In this document: in pieces, positions 10,669 to 20,997 of the stretch
Position numbering within the stretch: position 1 is the first letter of the stretch
Layout: each line of letters begins with the position of its first letter
Assembly: GCA_963771175.1 (NCBI GenBank)
Contig: CAVYSY010000022.1
Location: forward strand, 64,001-128,000
Length of the DNA stretch: 64,000 bases
Direction: 5' to 3'
Source: an uncultured delta proteobacterium
GTDB taxonomy: Bacteria > Myxococcota > Myxococcia > Myxococcales > Myxococcaceae
Translations under genes and position numbers: made by a program
The notes under the pieces: model-generated
Told to the model about the DNA's origin: nothing
Databases searched by the model: none
Seen by the model: the letters and a program-made list of their open reading frames with translations, nothing else

Positions 10669-11835
10669 GTGTCCGACGCTACTCCTCCACTCGCCCTTTC
10701 CCCCAGGCTCGAAGAGCTCCTTCAATCCCTGGCCGATCGCGCTTTCGGCGAGCGCCTGCGACAGGTGTACACCGCCGCGGGACAGGCCACCCTCCGGCTG
10801 AGCGACCTCGATCTGTTGAAGTACGAGAGCGCCAGCGTGGACGACAGCCCGGACCTGTCGCTCTGGGAGGAGATGGCCCCCGTCATCCGCGACACGGTGA
10901 TGGACGTCAACGTGCTCCTCAACGTCATCCGCGAGCAGTTCGTGGTGAAGGCGTCGAGTGTGTCGGGCGGCGCCGGGGCCCCCCTGGCCGCCACCGTGGA
11001 TGCGCGGCGGGCCAAGGACGCGTCCGAGCTCCTCCAGGGGTGGATGCAGCAGCTCGCCCAGGGCGTCACCCAGCTCGGCGAGGTGATGCGCAACCCCGCA
11101 GTCGTGTCGGACCGGTGGATGCTGCTGTCGGAGATCCAGCGGCTGCGCGAGCGCTTCCGCGAGCAGATCGGCAACCTCGTCTTCGAGTCCGCCAGTGCCT
11201 TCGGGCCGGTGACGCGGCAGCAGGTGGTGCCCGGCCACGAGGCGGAGGTGAAGGCGGCGGTGATGGTGCGGGCCATCGTGGCGGACCTGTCGCGCATCAT
11301 CGAGGCGCGGCTGAACAAGGTGCGCGAGGCCGAGCCCGAGGACGTGCAGTGGAACTCGCAGCAGTTCCAGACGGAGTTGGACGCGTTCGGCCGCACCGCC
11401 GCCTACAAGCATCTGCGTGCCCAGGACAAGCGGCAGATCATCGAGGTTCGCGGTCGGGTAGGGCGGCTGGCCATCCAGGACAATCCCAGCAAGCAGGACG
11501 TGCTGGCCGTGGTGGAGGAGCTGCACGCCTTCGTGAGCTCGCTCGCCAAGGAGAACCAGCATCAGGTGCTCATCACCCATGATCGCGAGGTGTGGGCGGG
11601 CTGCGGGGTTCGGTTGGAGCGGGCCCTGGGGCTGCTGGGCTCGGACCCGGTGACGGCGGCGCGGGGCCTGGCCGAGGCGGCCGCCAGCGCCCAGTCCCTC
11701 TACGGTCGCGACGCCCGACTCGATGCCTTCCTACGCAAGGCGCGCAAGCAGCAGCTCACCCAGCTCTCCGGCCCCGAGCTGCGCTCCTCCCTCGAGCTCC
11801 TCCAGTCGCTGCTGGCCGGACTCGACATGATGTGA
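10669..11835 (+). CDS. Conserved hypothetical helical protein
   Basis: Strong GC3 bias from GTG at 10669; all-helical; no recognised motif. Confidence 0.75.
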   Translation: MSDATPPLALSPRLEELLQSLADRAFGERLRQVYTAAGQATLRLSDLDLLKYESASVDDSPDLSLWEEMAPVIRDTVMDVNVLLNVIREQFVVKASSVSGGAGAPLAATVDARRAKDASELLQGWMQQLAQGVTQLGEVMRNPAVVSDRWMLLSEIQRLRERFREQIGNLVFESASAFGPVTRQQVVPGHEAEVKAAVMVRAIVADLSRIIEARLNKVREAEPEDVQWNSQQFQTELDAFGRTAAYKHLRAQDKRQIIEVRGRVGRLAIQDNPSKQDVLAVVEELHAFVSSLAKENQHQVLITHDREVWAGCGVRLERALGLLGSDPVTAARGLAEAAASAQSLYGRDARLDAFLRKARKQQLTQLSGPELRSSLELLQSLLAGLDMM

Positions 11836-11836
11836 G

Positions 11837-14125
11837 TCACCGTCCCGGCGGGTTCCGGGCCGCGCGCCGGGTGGGACTCCGACGCGCCCCTCCGCCCGGC
11901 AGGAGGACCTGCCTGGCCTGGGGTGAGTCGCCCCCCAGGTCCAGATCGCGGAGCCACATCGCCGGGAGGAAGTCCGGGTCGTTGTAGAGGGCCAGCAACT
12001 CCTTGGGCTCCACCGGACCGAGCCGGCTGGTCGCGAGCCTCGTCCCGCCGCCCTCCTTCCAGGTGCTTTCCCAGAGCAGGGAGAGGACGAGCGCGCCCCG
12101 CGCCATGCAATCGCACGTCCGCTCCCCCAGCACCTCCCACATGTGCGGGATGCGCCGGCGCCCGGACTCGGCGTTGTAGGCCTCGATGATTTCCAGGGGC
12201 GGGAGCGTGTCGATCGTGGTCCCCATGAGCTGGACGACGGCATCCGCCGCCGCCGCTCCGCCCCGCACCGTCCGCGTGACGCGCTTTCCCTTCACGCGCG
12301 CGTTCACGCCTTCGATCAGCTCCGCCGCCCGCTGGTCCAGCATTCGCGTCTCGTAGACCGAGTGGACGTCCTCCTCTTCGGGATGGCCGGGCCGTCCATG
12401 GTGCAGGAACGAGACGTGGAGGGGCTGACACGCATCCCCCACGTAGTGGGCGAGGATGCCGGCGGCACACACGAACTCGGACACCTGTGTGTTCTGGAGG
12501 AAGCCGACCATCGCCTCGTAGATCTGCCAGACGCGGAACGGCAGCGCGCCCCGGCTGCTGTTCGCCTTTACCCCGATGCTCTCGTAGAACTCGCCCCAGA
12601 CCTGGGGAGTGCGGCTGGAGCGATCGGTCCGCCACACGTCGAGCAGGGTCCTTCCCTCGAACGGGCCCGTTCCCGGCTGGTCCATGTCGGCGAAGTGGTT
12701 GGCCGCGTCGCGCTTCCGGGTGGTGCGCCACACCAGGTCCGCCACGTCCGCGAGCGCGACGAAGTTCTGGGTGTCGTTGCCGGGCAGCTCGCCGTTGGCG
12801 ATGGCCTCATCACTGACCGCGATGCGATCCGCGTTGGCCTTGAGCAGGCGGGAGAGCTTCGCGTTCGAGGCGAGCCCGCAGGCCGTGATGCCCACTTTGT
12901 AGTGGCCCACCTTGCCCCAGTACTCGCTGAGCCCGATGTCCCAGTCCCGGACGAGCTCGATGTCCAGCGTGCGGCAGATGGAGCTCAGGCTGCTGGCGAG
13001 CGCGAACGAGTAGACCTCTCCGCCGCCGGGAGTCATCAAATTGTGGCCACCCCACTGCAGGGCGATGGGCCGCCATTGCCGGGCCCGGGCGCGGGTCGGC
13101 GCCTCGTCCCCGGCGCCCGACTTCGGCTCGAAGACCCAGACGGTGCCCGAGTCTCCCGGCCGGGTGGGCAGGACCTCCTGCCCCTCTCGCGCGCCGATCA
13201 ACAGGTCGGCCACGTAGTCGAAGCCCCCCAGGGACTGGTAGCGGTAGAAGAGCCCGTGGATCTCCCCCTCGAGCGTCCCCGAGGCGGCGCCGAAGGCACG
13301 CACGTGGCAGCCGATGAGATCCAGCGAGAGGGTGTCGCTGTTGAGGTCCACGAGGGGACCGAGCTCGCCCACGCCGAACACCTGGGCCGTCCAGCCCCAC
13401 ACGTCCTCGAGCCGGACGAGGCCCGCGTCGAGGTTGGAGTAGGTGCGGCTCCCGGGCAAGCCCGGGTACGCCTCCGCGAAGGGGAGCTTGCCCACCTGGC
13501 GCGCATCGCTGGTGCCCACCCGTTGGCGCTCGCCGCGGACGAGCGTGTAGACCTCGCGACCCTGCTCGCCCACGACGTGCCGGTTGGTGAGGGCATAGAC
13601 GGTGTCGCCATCCGTGACGAGACAGCCGAAGGAGCCGACGTGCGCGCGCCCCTGGACGTCCGTGAGCGCCGGGTAGCCTCCGCCGACCAGTTCGGTGGGG
13701 AAGGTGAGCTGTTGCAGGGGGGGCGGGGCCTGCTCCTGTCGCTCGGCGAGCATGACGCAGGTGGGTACGACCCGCCCGTCCGGCAGGTAGAGCAGGGGGG
13801 GCACGAGCTGCTCGGGATTCCGGGCGATGTCCTCCGGCGTCATCCAGTGGTCCACGAACACCAGCACGCATGGCCAGGACCAGCGACGGACCACCGTGTT
13901 GCCGAGCGTCTTGGGCGTCGAGCTCCTCCGCCCGGGCGTGGCATAGGGGTTCTCCGCGTTCTCGTCCTCGCGGCGGATCCGGTAGCGCCCGATGGCCGTC
14001 GCCACCACGGTGTCCAGGTGGGCGAGGTGCACGTGATACGCCTCGCGTGCCTCCAGCAAATCCTTGATCGACAGCGAGCTGAAGTCCCTCGTCGTCGGCA
14101 GCCCGTTCTTCGCCATGGCATCCAC
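11837..14125 (-). CDS. Trypsin-like (Nal1-type) serine protease fused to S1/P1 nuclease / Zn-phospholipase C domain
   Basis: Protease triad TNRH183, NLD233AG, GDS326G; then W403GKVGH, NHFADMD, HYVGDACQPLH, VHSVYE; no signal peptide. Confidence 0.8.
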   Translation of the reverse strand: MDAMAKNGLPTTRDFSSLSIKDLLEAREAYHVHLAHLDTVVATAIGRYRIRREDENAENPYATPGRRSSTPKTLGNTVVRRWSWPCVLVFVDHWMTPEDIARNPEQLVPPLLYLPDGRVVPTCVMLAERQEQAPPPLQQLTFPTELVGGGYPALTDVQGRAHVGSFGCLVTDGDTVYALTNRHVVGEQGREVYTLVRGERQRVGTSDARQVGKLPFAEAYPGLPGSRTYSNLDAGLVRLEDVWGWTAQVFGVGELGPLVDLNSDTLSLDLIGCHVRAFGAASGTLEGEIHGLFYRYQSLGGFDYVADLLIGAREGQEVLPTRPGDSGTVWVFEPKSGAGDEAPTRARARQWRPIALQWGGHNLMTPGGGEVYSFALASSLSSICRTLDIELVRDWDIGLSEYWGKVGHYKVGITACGLASNAKLSRLLKANADRIAVSDEAIANGELPGNDTQNFVALADVADLVWRTTRKRDAANHFADMDQPGTGPFEGRTLLDVWRTDRSSRTPQVWGEFYESIGVKANSSRGALPFRVWQIYEAMVGFLQNTQVSEFVCAAGILAHYVGDACQPLHVSFLHHGRPGHPEEEDVHSVYETRMLDQRAAELIEGVNARVKGKRVTRTVRGGAAAADAVVQLMGTTIDTLPPLEIIEAYNAESGRRRIPHMWEVLGERTCDCMARGALVLSLLWESTWKEGGGTRLATSRLGPVEPKELLALYNDPDFLPAMWLRDLDLGGDSPQARQVLLPGGGARRSPTRRAARNPPGR

Positions 14126-14180
14126 CCCCGCGGATCAGTGCCAGAGGGAGTGGCGCGAGGCGGGGATGTGACGTGCCGGC

Positions 14181-15470
14181 CTACGGGGCGCTCGTGGGTT
14201 CGACCTCCAGGGCGGCAGGAGGGGAGGCGAGCACCTCGCGGGCCCTCTCCACGTCCAGGCCGCCCTCCCACTTGGACACCACCAGGGTGGCCACCGCGTT
14301 GCCCACGAGGTTGGTGAGGGCACGCGCCTCGGACATGAACCGATCCACCCCGAGCAGCAGCACCATCCCCGCCACGGGAATCTTCCCGGTGGCGGAGAGG
14401 GTCGCCGCGAGCGTGATGAAGCCTCCGCCCGTGACGGCCGCGGCGCCCTTGGAGGTGAGCAGCAGCACCGCGAGCAGCGCGAGCTCCTCGCCCAGGGTGA
14501 TGGGAGTCCCCGTGGCCTGGGCCACGAAGAGCGAAGCGAGCGTGAGGTAGATGGACGTGCCGTCCAGGTTGAACGAGTAGCCCATGGGCACCACGAGCCC
14601 CACCACGCTCTGGGGGCACCCCAGCGCCTCGAGCTTCACCAGCATGCGGGGCAGGGCGGACTCGGAGGAGGAGGTGCCCAGCACGAGCAGCATCTCGTCG
14701 CGCAGGTAGCGCAGGAGCGGCAGCAGGCCCACGCCCGTCCAACGCACGATGGGCCCGAGCACGAGCGCCACGAAGAGGAACGCGGTGGCGTAGAAGGTAC
14801 CCATCAACCGGCCCAGGCCAAGCAGCGTGCCCACGCCGTACTTGCCCACGGTGAAGGCGATGGCGCCGAGCGCTCCCAGGGGCGCCAGCCGCATGATGAT
14901 GCCCACCATGCCGAAGAGCAGGTGGCCGACGCTGTCCAGGGCCTTCAGGATGCCCTCGCCCGCCTTCCCCATCTTCGAGAGCGCCACGCTGGTGAGCAGC
15001 GCCACGAGGAGGATCTGCAGGATGTCCCCCTTGGCGAACGGATCCACCAGGGAGGAGGGGATGATGCCGAGCAGGAAGTCCACCGTGGACATCGACTTGC
15101 CGGCGGTCGTGTAGCTCTCGAGGGCCTTGGCATCCAATCGGGACACGTCCACGTCCAGGCCGGCGCCGGGCTGGAACACCTCGCCCACCAGCAGGCCCAG
15201 CAGGAGCGCGCCCGTGGTGACGACCTCGAAGTAGAGGAAGGCCTTGAGCCCCACTCTCCCCACGCGCTTGAGGTCTCCCATCTTGGCGATGCCCGTCACC
15301 ACCGTGGTGAACACCACCGGGGCCACCAGCATCTTGATGAGTCGGATGAACCCGTCGCCGAGCGGCTTGAGCGCTTCGCCGCCGTGGGGCCAGAAGTGTC
15401 CGAGCAATGCTCCGAACACCACCGCCACCAGCACCTGCAAGTAGAGATTCTTGAGCCAGCCGAGCCGCAT
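14181..15470 (-). CDS. dctA: C4-dicarboxylate transporter
   Basis: [67 protein letters not shown]. Confidence 0.95.
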   Translation of the reverse strand: MRLGWLKNLYLQVLVAVVFGALLGHFWPHGGEALKPLGDGFIRLIKMLVAPVVFTTVVTGIAKMGDLKRVGRVGLKAFLYFEVVTTGALLLGLLVGEVFQPGAGLDVDVSRLDAKALESYTTAGKSMSTVDFLLGIIPSSLVDPFAKGDILQILLVALLTSVALSKMGKAGEGILKALDSVGHLLFGMVGIIMRLAPLGALGAIAFTVGKYGVGTLLGLGRLMGTFYATAFLFVALVLGPIVRWTGVGLLPLLRYLRDEMLLVLGTSSSESALPRMLVKLEALGCPQSVVGLVVPMGYSFNLDGTSIYLTLASLFVAQATGTPITLGEELALLAVLLLTSKGAAAVTGGGFITLAATLSATGKIPVAGMVLLLGVDRFMSEARALTNLVGNAVATLVVSKWEGGLDVERAREVLASPPAALEVEPTSAP

Positions 15471-15851
15471 GGCGCGCGACTCTACCCCGCTCGGGGCACC
15501 CGGAATTGATTTGTGGCCAAATGATGGGATTGCAGATGATTGCGGGACAAACCATATAAATCCAGGTCAGCCCAGAGAGGCTCGGGAGCTGTCATAAAAC
15601 AGGACACCCCCCGTCCTGAAACAGGACACTTCGCGGGAGAGGTGTCAACGTCTTGAAGACAGACGGATTCTGCCAGGGGCTGTAAATACACACTACATTC
15701 CTGGGCCCGCGAATCGTGACATCCATGTTCCACCGTGCTGGCTGGATGATTGGTAAAGGCCGGTATTTCCATGGTTCATGGGTTGGCCCGATCCCTGCTT
15801 AAGGGTTGAGTGCCCGACGGCACCTCGCCGTTGGCCAGGAGGAACCCCCCC

Positions 15852-17693
15852 TTGGTTCGCACTCGCTTCCTTGCTGCCGCGCTGCTCGCCCTTCCCCTCG
15901 CCGCTTGCGAGGTTGACAACTCCCAGGTTGCCCCGGGCGCCGAGAAGGTCGACGACCTCGGTGACGTCCGTGCGGCCCTCGCCGCGCTGCCGTCCGCCGA
16001 GATCGCCGGCGCTCACGGAGACGGCGTGCCCTTCATGCTGAAGGGCAAGCTGGGCTCGGTTGACGCCGTCGCCCCCGCGTTCCGCCTGAACGCCACCGAC
16101 CTGGTGCTGAAGCGCACCACGGTGGACGAGGAGGGCAACACCCACACCCGCTACGGCCAGCTGAAGAACGGCCTGCCCGTCATCGGCGGCGAGATCATCC
16201 TCCACGAGAACAAGGACGGCAGCGTCTATCTGGCCAACGGCTCGGCGCGTGACGGGGAGATCGCCCCCGCCAAGGCCCGCGTCGCCCCGGAGGCCGCCAA
16301 GGCCGCCGCCCTGGACAGCACCTCGGGCCGCCACATCGCCGCCGAGGGCGAGCCCCGCCTGGTGTACGTCCGCAAGGACGAGGGTGCGCTGCAGCTGGCC
16401 TACGAGGTGGTGGTGACGGGCGAGGGCCTGGACCTGCCCATCCGTGACCACGTGTACGTGAGCGCGCTGACCGGCCAGGAGATCGACCGCACCACGGAGA
16501 TCCACTCCGCCCTCAACCGCGCGGTGTACTCGGCCAACAACGGCACCACGCTGCCCGGCACGATCAAGCGCTCCGAGGGTGGCGCGGTCACCGGTGACAC
16601 CCACGTGGACGACAACTACACCCACCTGGGCACCACCTATCAGTGCTACTACACGAACTTCGCGCGTGACTCGTACAACGCCGCGGGCGCGCAGCTGAAG
16701 AGCTCGGTGCACTACAGCAGCAGCTACACCAACGCCTTCTGGAACGGCACCCAGATGGTGTACGGCGACAGCGATGGCGTGCAGTCCGCGCCGCTGGGCA
16801 AGTCGCTGGACGTGACGGTGCACGAGCTGACGCACGCCGTCACCTCCTCCGAGTCCAACCTCACCTACTCCAACGAGTCCGGCGCCCTCAACGAGGGCAT
16901 GAGCGACATCTTCTCCGCCTACTGCGAGTCCTGGAAGCTGGGCTGGGCCGTTCCCGCTTCGGTGTGGATGATCGGCGACGACGTGTGGACGCCGAACACC
17001 GCGGGTGACGCGCTCCGCTACATGGCCAACCCGACGCAGGACGGCTCGTCGAAGGACTACTACCCGACGCGCTACACGGGCACCTCCGACAACGGCGGCG
17101 TGCACTGGAACTCGGGCATCGCCAACCTGGCGTTCAAGCTCCTGTCCACGGGCGGCACGCACCCCCGCGGCAAGACCACCATCAACGTGACGGGCATCGG
17201 CATCCAGAAGGCCGGCGCCATCTTCTACCGCGCCAACCGCGACCTCTTCACGGCCTCCACCACCTTCGCCCAGGCGAAGACCTACACGCAGACGGCCGCC
17301 GAGCAGCTCTACGGCACCGGCGCGGCGGAGAAGACCTCCGTCGACCAGGCCTGGCAGGCGGTGGGCGTGGGCGTGTCGGCTCCCTCCACGGCGCTGACCA
17401 ACGGCGTGGCCCTCACCGGCCAGTCCGGCTCCACGGGCGCCGAGAAGCACTACTACCTGGACGTGCCGGCCTCCAAGGCGGTGTCCTTCGTGATGAGCGG
17501 CGGCACGGGTGACGCGGACATGTACGTGAAGTTCGGCGCGCAGCCCACCACCACCTCGTACGACTGCCGTCCGTACCTCTCCGGCAACGCCGAGACGTGC
17601 AGCATCGCGGCGAAGACCACGGCCGGTCGCTACAACGTGATGCTCCGCGCCTACAGCACCTACTCGGGCGTCTCGATCAAGGGCACCTACTAG
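15852..17693 (+). CDS. M4 (thermolysin-family) metallopeptidase lipoprotein with FTP/PepSY propeptide and PPC domain
   Basis: AGGAGG RBS, TTG start, lipobox LAAC; NAFWNG, HELTH, GALNEGMSD, DNGGVHWNSG; C-terminal GGTGDADMYV. Confidence 0.95.
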   Translation: MVRTRFLAAALLALPLAACEVDNSQVAPGAEKVDDLGDVRAALAALPSAEIAGAHGDGVPFMLKGKLGSVDAVAPAFRLNATDLVLKRTTVDEEGNTHTRYGQLKNGLPVIGGEIILHENKDGSVYLANGSARDGEIAPAKARVAPEAAKAAALDSTSGRHIAAEGEPRLVYVRKDEGALQLAYEVVVTGEGLDLPIRDHVYVSALTGQEIDRTTEIHSALNRAVYSANNGTTLPGTIKRSEGGAVTGDTHVDDNYTHLGTTYQCYYTNFARDSYNAAGAQLKSSVHYSSSYTNAFWNGTQMVYGDSDGVQSAPLGKSLDVTVHELTHAVTSSESNLTYSNESGALNEGMSDIFSAYCESWKLGWAVPASVWMIGDDVWTPNTAGDALRYMANPTQDGSSKDYYPTRYTGTSDNGGVHWNSGIANLAFKLLSTGGTHPRGKTTINVTGIGIQKAGAIFYRANRDLFTASTTFAQAKTYTQTAAEQLYGTGAAEKTSVDQAWQAVGVGVSAPSTALTNGVALTGQSGSTGAEKHYYLDVPASKAVSFVMSGGTGDADMYVKFGAQPTTTSYDCRPYLSGNAETCSIAAKTTAGRYNVMLRAYSTYSGVSIKGTY

Positions 17694-17726
17694 CCCGCGC
17701 TCGCTGAATCCGACGTAAGCAGAATG

Positions 17727-17766
17727 GCCCCTGGGAGGCATTGCCTCCCAGGGGCTTCGTCGTTTT
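17727..17766 (+). terminator. Intrinsic terminator, possibly bidirectional
   Basis: Inverted repeat gcccctgggaggca-t-tgcctcccaggggc followed by ttcgtcgtttt, between convergent genes. Confidence 0.8.
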
Positions 17767-17782
17767 CAAGGGGTCGGTGCAA

Positions 17783-18217
17783 TCACAGACGCGCGAAGCC
17801 GGGCGCGTACTGGAAGGGCTCGACCGTCGCTTCGTAGGAGACGATCTCCAGCCCGTGGGCATTCCGGGTCGAGGGTCGTACGAGCCATCGCTGCGTGGCA
17901 TCCAGGGACAGGCGCTTGCTCTTCGCCGCGGGCGGCTCGAACCAGCTCGCCTGCCACCCCACGACGATGCGCACCTCCGCCTCCTCCTCGCGGAAGGTGA
18001 CCACCAGGTCGCTGAGGGTGTGGTTCTCGTCGAAGAAGAGGTGGGTGACGCGGTCGTACCACCGCTTGAAGCTGTCGAAGTCCCGGATGTCACCGTCCGG
18101 GAATTGCATGTGCAGGTCGTGGTCGGCCAGGAAGCTGGAGGTGTGCTCCACCGGCGCGTGCTGATCCAGGGCCAGGTACCACGCCGCGGCGAATCGTTGA
18201 ATCTGGTCGACGGTCAT
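17783..18217 (-). CDS. SnoaL/NTF2-like protein
   Basis: MTVDQIQRFAAAWYLALDQHAP…MQFPDG…WYDRVTHLFFDENH…; size and pattern fit NTF2. Confidence 0.7.
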   Translation of the reverse strand: MTVDQIQRFAAAWYLALDQHAPVEHTSSFLADHDLHMQFPDGDIRDFDSFKRWYDRVTHLFFDENHTLSDLVVTFREEEAEVRIVVGWQASWFEPPAAKSKRLSLDATQRWLVRPSTRNAHGLEIVSYEATVEPFQYAPGFARL

Positions 18218-18495
18218 CGGGGCTTCCTCTCTCGTGTCTCGCTGCGGATGAGAATCCGCGAGACGCCGCGAGTGATGGAGCACCGCCGAGGCGGGGGCTG
18301 GCCCCTCGGCTCCCTGCTTCCTTCCGTCGCTCCGCGCCCGCCGGGGTCCATCACGGCGCGCGCGCACGGGGTCTATTTCAATGCCTGACGGACGAGAGAC
18401 GTCGGGCTCAACCCCATCAGGGATCCGGTGTGGAGGAGGTGGCGGCCCGGTCTCGGCCGAGCGCCCCGGGCACCGGTCCGAGCGAGGAAGCGCGC

Positions 18496-18885
18496 ATGAA
18501 CGTCCGTGAGGTAGTCGACCGGTATTACGCCACCGTCAATTCGGGGGATTGGGACTCCTGGCTGGAGCTCTTCGACGAGCACCTCGTCATGGATGAGCAG
18601 CTCGGCGGCCACATCGAGGGCATCGAGACGCTGCGCGGCCTCGTGGGGGGTCTGAAGCGCATCTACGCGTCCTTCCAGAACACGCCCCGGCACACCGTCA
18701 TCGACGGCAACCAGGCCTGCGTGGTGTCTCGCATCACGGCGGTGACCCCCCGGGGCGAGCCCATCGAGGCCGAGGTCGCCAACTACTTCCTCATCCAGGA
18801 GGGACGAATCATCTACATGGCGAACTTCCACGACAGCCGCCCGTTTGATCCCGCCTTCAGTCCGCGGGGTGGGGAGGGGGCCTGA
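18496..18885 (+). CDS. SnoaL/NTF2-like protein
   Basis: VVDRYYATVNSGDWDSWLELF…VIDGNQACV…NYFLIQEGRIIYMANFHDS. Confidence 0.85.
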   Translation: MNVREVVDRYYATVNSGDWDSWLELFDEHLVMDEQLGGHIEGIETLRGLVGGLKRIYASFQNTPRHTVIDGNQACVVSRITAVTPRGEPIEAEVANYFLIQEGRIIYMANFHDSRPFDPAFSPRGGEGA

Positions 18886-18886
18886 G

Positions 18887-20422
18887 ATGGAAGCTCATGA
18901 CTTCATCGTGGTGGGTGCCGGCTCGGCGGGAGCGGTCATCGCCAGCCGCCTGAGCGAGAACCCCGAGGTCCGGGTGCTGCTGCTGGAGGCGGGAGGCGCC
19001 GGGACCCCGGAGGACGTCTCCAATCCCTCGGCGTGGCCCCGCCTGCTCGGCTCGTCCATCGACTGGGGCTACACCAGCGTGCCCCAGGCGGCACTCGGGG
19101 AGCGGGTCATCCACGAGCCGCGCGGCAAGCTGCTCGGCGGCAGCAGCAACCTCTACATCATGATGCACGTCCGCGGTCACCCCTCGGACTATGACAACTG
19201 GGCCTACCAGGGGTGCCCCGGCTGGTCCTTCCAGGACGTGCTGCCCTACTTCCAGAAGCTGGAGGACCAGGAGGACGACACCAACCCCTGGGCTGGCCGT
19301 GGCGGACCGCTGCCAGTGACCAACGCGAAGCACCACGGGCCGAACCCCACCTCGCAGGCGTTCCTCGATGCGTGCCGGGAGCTGGGCTATCCCGAGACCG
19401 ACGACTTCAACGGCCCCCAGATGGAGGGGGCCGGCTGGCACCACGTCAACATCAAGGATGGCAAACGTCACAGCGTCGCCGAGGCGTATCTGCGACCGGC
19501 GCTGGCTCGGCCCAACCTCACGGTGGTGACGAATGCCCAGGCCACCCGGCTGCTCTTCCGGCACCAGCGCTGCGTCGGCGTGGAGTACCACCGCGAGGGC
19601 AGGCTCGAGAGCGCACACGCCACGGGGGAGGTGATCGTGGCGTGCGGGGCGATCGAGTCACCCAAGCTGCTCCTGCTGTCTGGGATTGGCGATCCCGAGC
19701 AGCTCTGGCCGCTCGACATCCGCGTGCACGCGGCCCTGCCCGGGGTGGGGGAGAACTTCCACAACCACGTGCTGACCGGGGTGATCCGTGAGTGCACCCG
19801 GCCCGTGCCCGCCCGCCCGGCTCAACCTCTCCGAGTCCGCCCTGTTCCACAGGTCCTCTCCGGGCTGGCCCGGCCCCGATCTGCAGATCGCCTTCGTCCA
19901 CGTGCCCTTCGACATCATCGTCGGTCAGGGGCATCCGAACGCGATCAGCATCCTGCCTGGCGTGGTGCGACCGTTGTCGCGCGGCTCGGTCCGTCTGGCC
20001 AGCGCCAATCCCCTGGACAAGCCACTCGTGGATCCCGAACTACCTGTCGGTCGAGGCGGATCTGACACGCCTGATGCAGGGGGTGGAGATCGCCCGGGAG
20101 CTCTTCGCCACGCGGGCATTCTCCGAGTGGGTGGGTTCCGAGCTGAAGCCCGGCCCCGGGGTCAGGACCCGACGAGGAGCTCCGGGCCTTCGTCAGACAG
20201 ACCGCCGACTCGTACCACCACCAGGCCGGCTCCTGCCGGATGGGGCTCGATGCGATGGCGGTCGTGGATCCCCGGCTGCGAGTCCATGGCGTCGAGGGAC
20301 TGCGCGTGGCGGACGCCAGCGTGATGCCAGCCGTCCCCTCCGGCAATTGCCATACGGGCATCGTCATGATCGCCGAGCGGTGCGCCGACATGCTCCTGGC
20401 CGATCACGGCCTCCGGGGTTGA
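18887..20422 (+). CDS. GMC family FAD oxidoreductase (about 3 frameshifts)
   Basis: DFIVVGAGSAG, PRGKLLGGSS, GAIESPKLLLLSGIG, GVGENFHNH, RPLSRGSVRL, YHHQAGSCRMG, GLRVADASVMP…GNCH. Confidence 0.9.
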
Positions 20423-20466
20423 GCCGCAATCACGAACACCCTCAACAGACAAGGAGGTCATAAGGC

Positions 20467-20901
20467 ATGGCAACGCCTCGATTCTTCCATCTCGCACTGG
20501 CATGTCGGGATCCCCTGAACCTCGAGCGCTTCTACACGGAGCACTTCGGCTTCAGGCGGGCCCGGGTCGTGCGCCTGGGGGACACGCAGATCGTGTTCCT
20601 CAAGTCGGACACCGTCTACCTGGAGCTCTTCGAGGCCCGGGAGCCCGCGCCGGTTGCTCCGGCGGGCGAGGACGGGCCCTGGTATCCCGGTGTGCGTCAC
20701 CTCGCGTTCTCCGTCGACGATGTCGACGCGAAGCTGGCCGAGCTGGGCCCCGCCGCGCGCGTGACGCTGATGCCCCTGGACTTCGATGACTTCATCCCGG
20801 GCTGGCGCTCCGCCTGGGTGGCCGATCCGGAGGGCAACATCCTCGAGCTCACCCAGGGCTACGAGGATGAGATGGCGCCCCCGCCCATGCCAGGCGCCTG
20901 A
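20467..20901 (+). CDS. VOC/glyoxalase family protein
   Basis: HLALAC…ERFYTEHFGF, YLELF, HLAFSVDDVD, ADPEGNILEL; AAGGAGG RBS. Confidence 0.9.
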   Translation: MATPRFFHLALACRDPLNLERFYTEHFGFRRARVVRLGDTQIVFLKSDTVYLELFEAREPAPVAPAGEDGPWYPGVRHLAFSVDDVDAKLAELGPAARVTLMPLDFDDFIPGWRSAWVADPEGNILELTQGYEDEMAPPPMPGA

Positions 20902-20997
20902 CGGCGCGCGGGTGGGGCAGGGCAATGCCTCATCACGAAGGGCCGGGCCCGGGTCTACCACCACGCCACGACACATCATTCCAAGGTGAGAGGCTTC

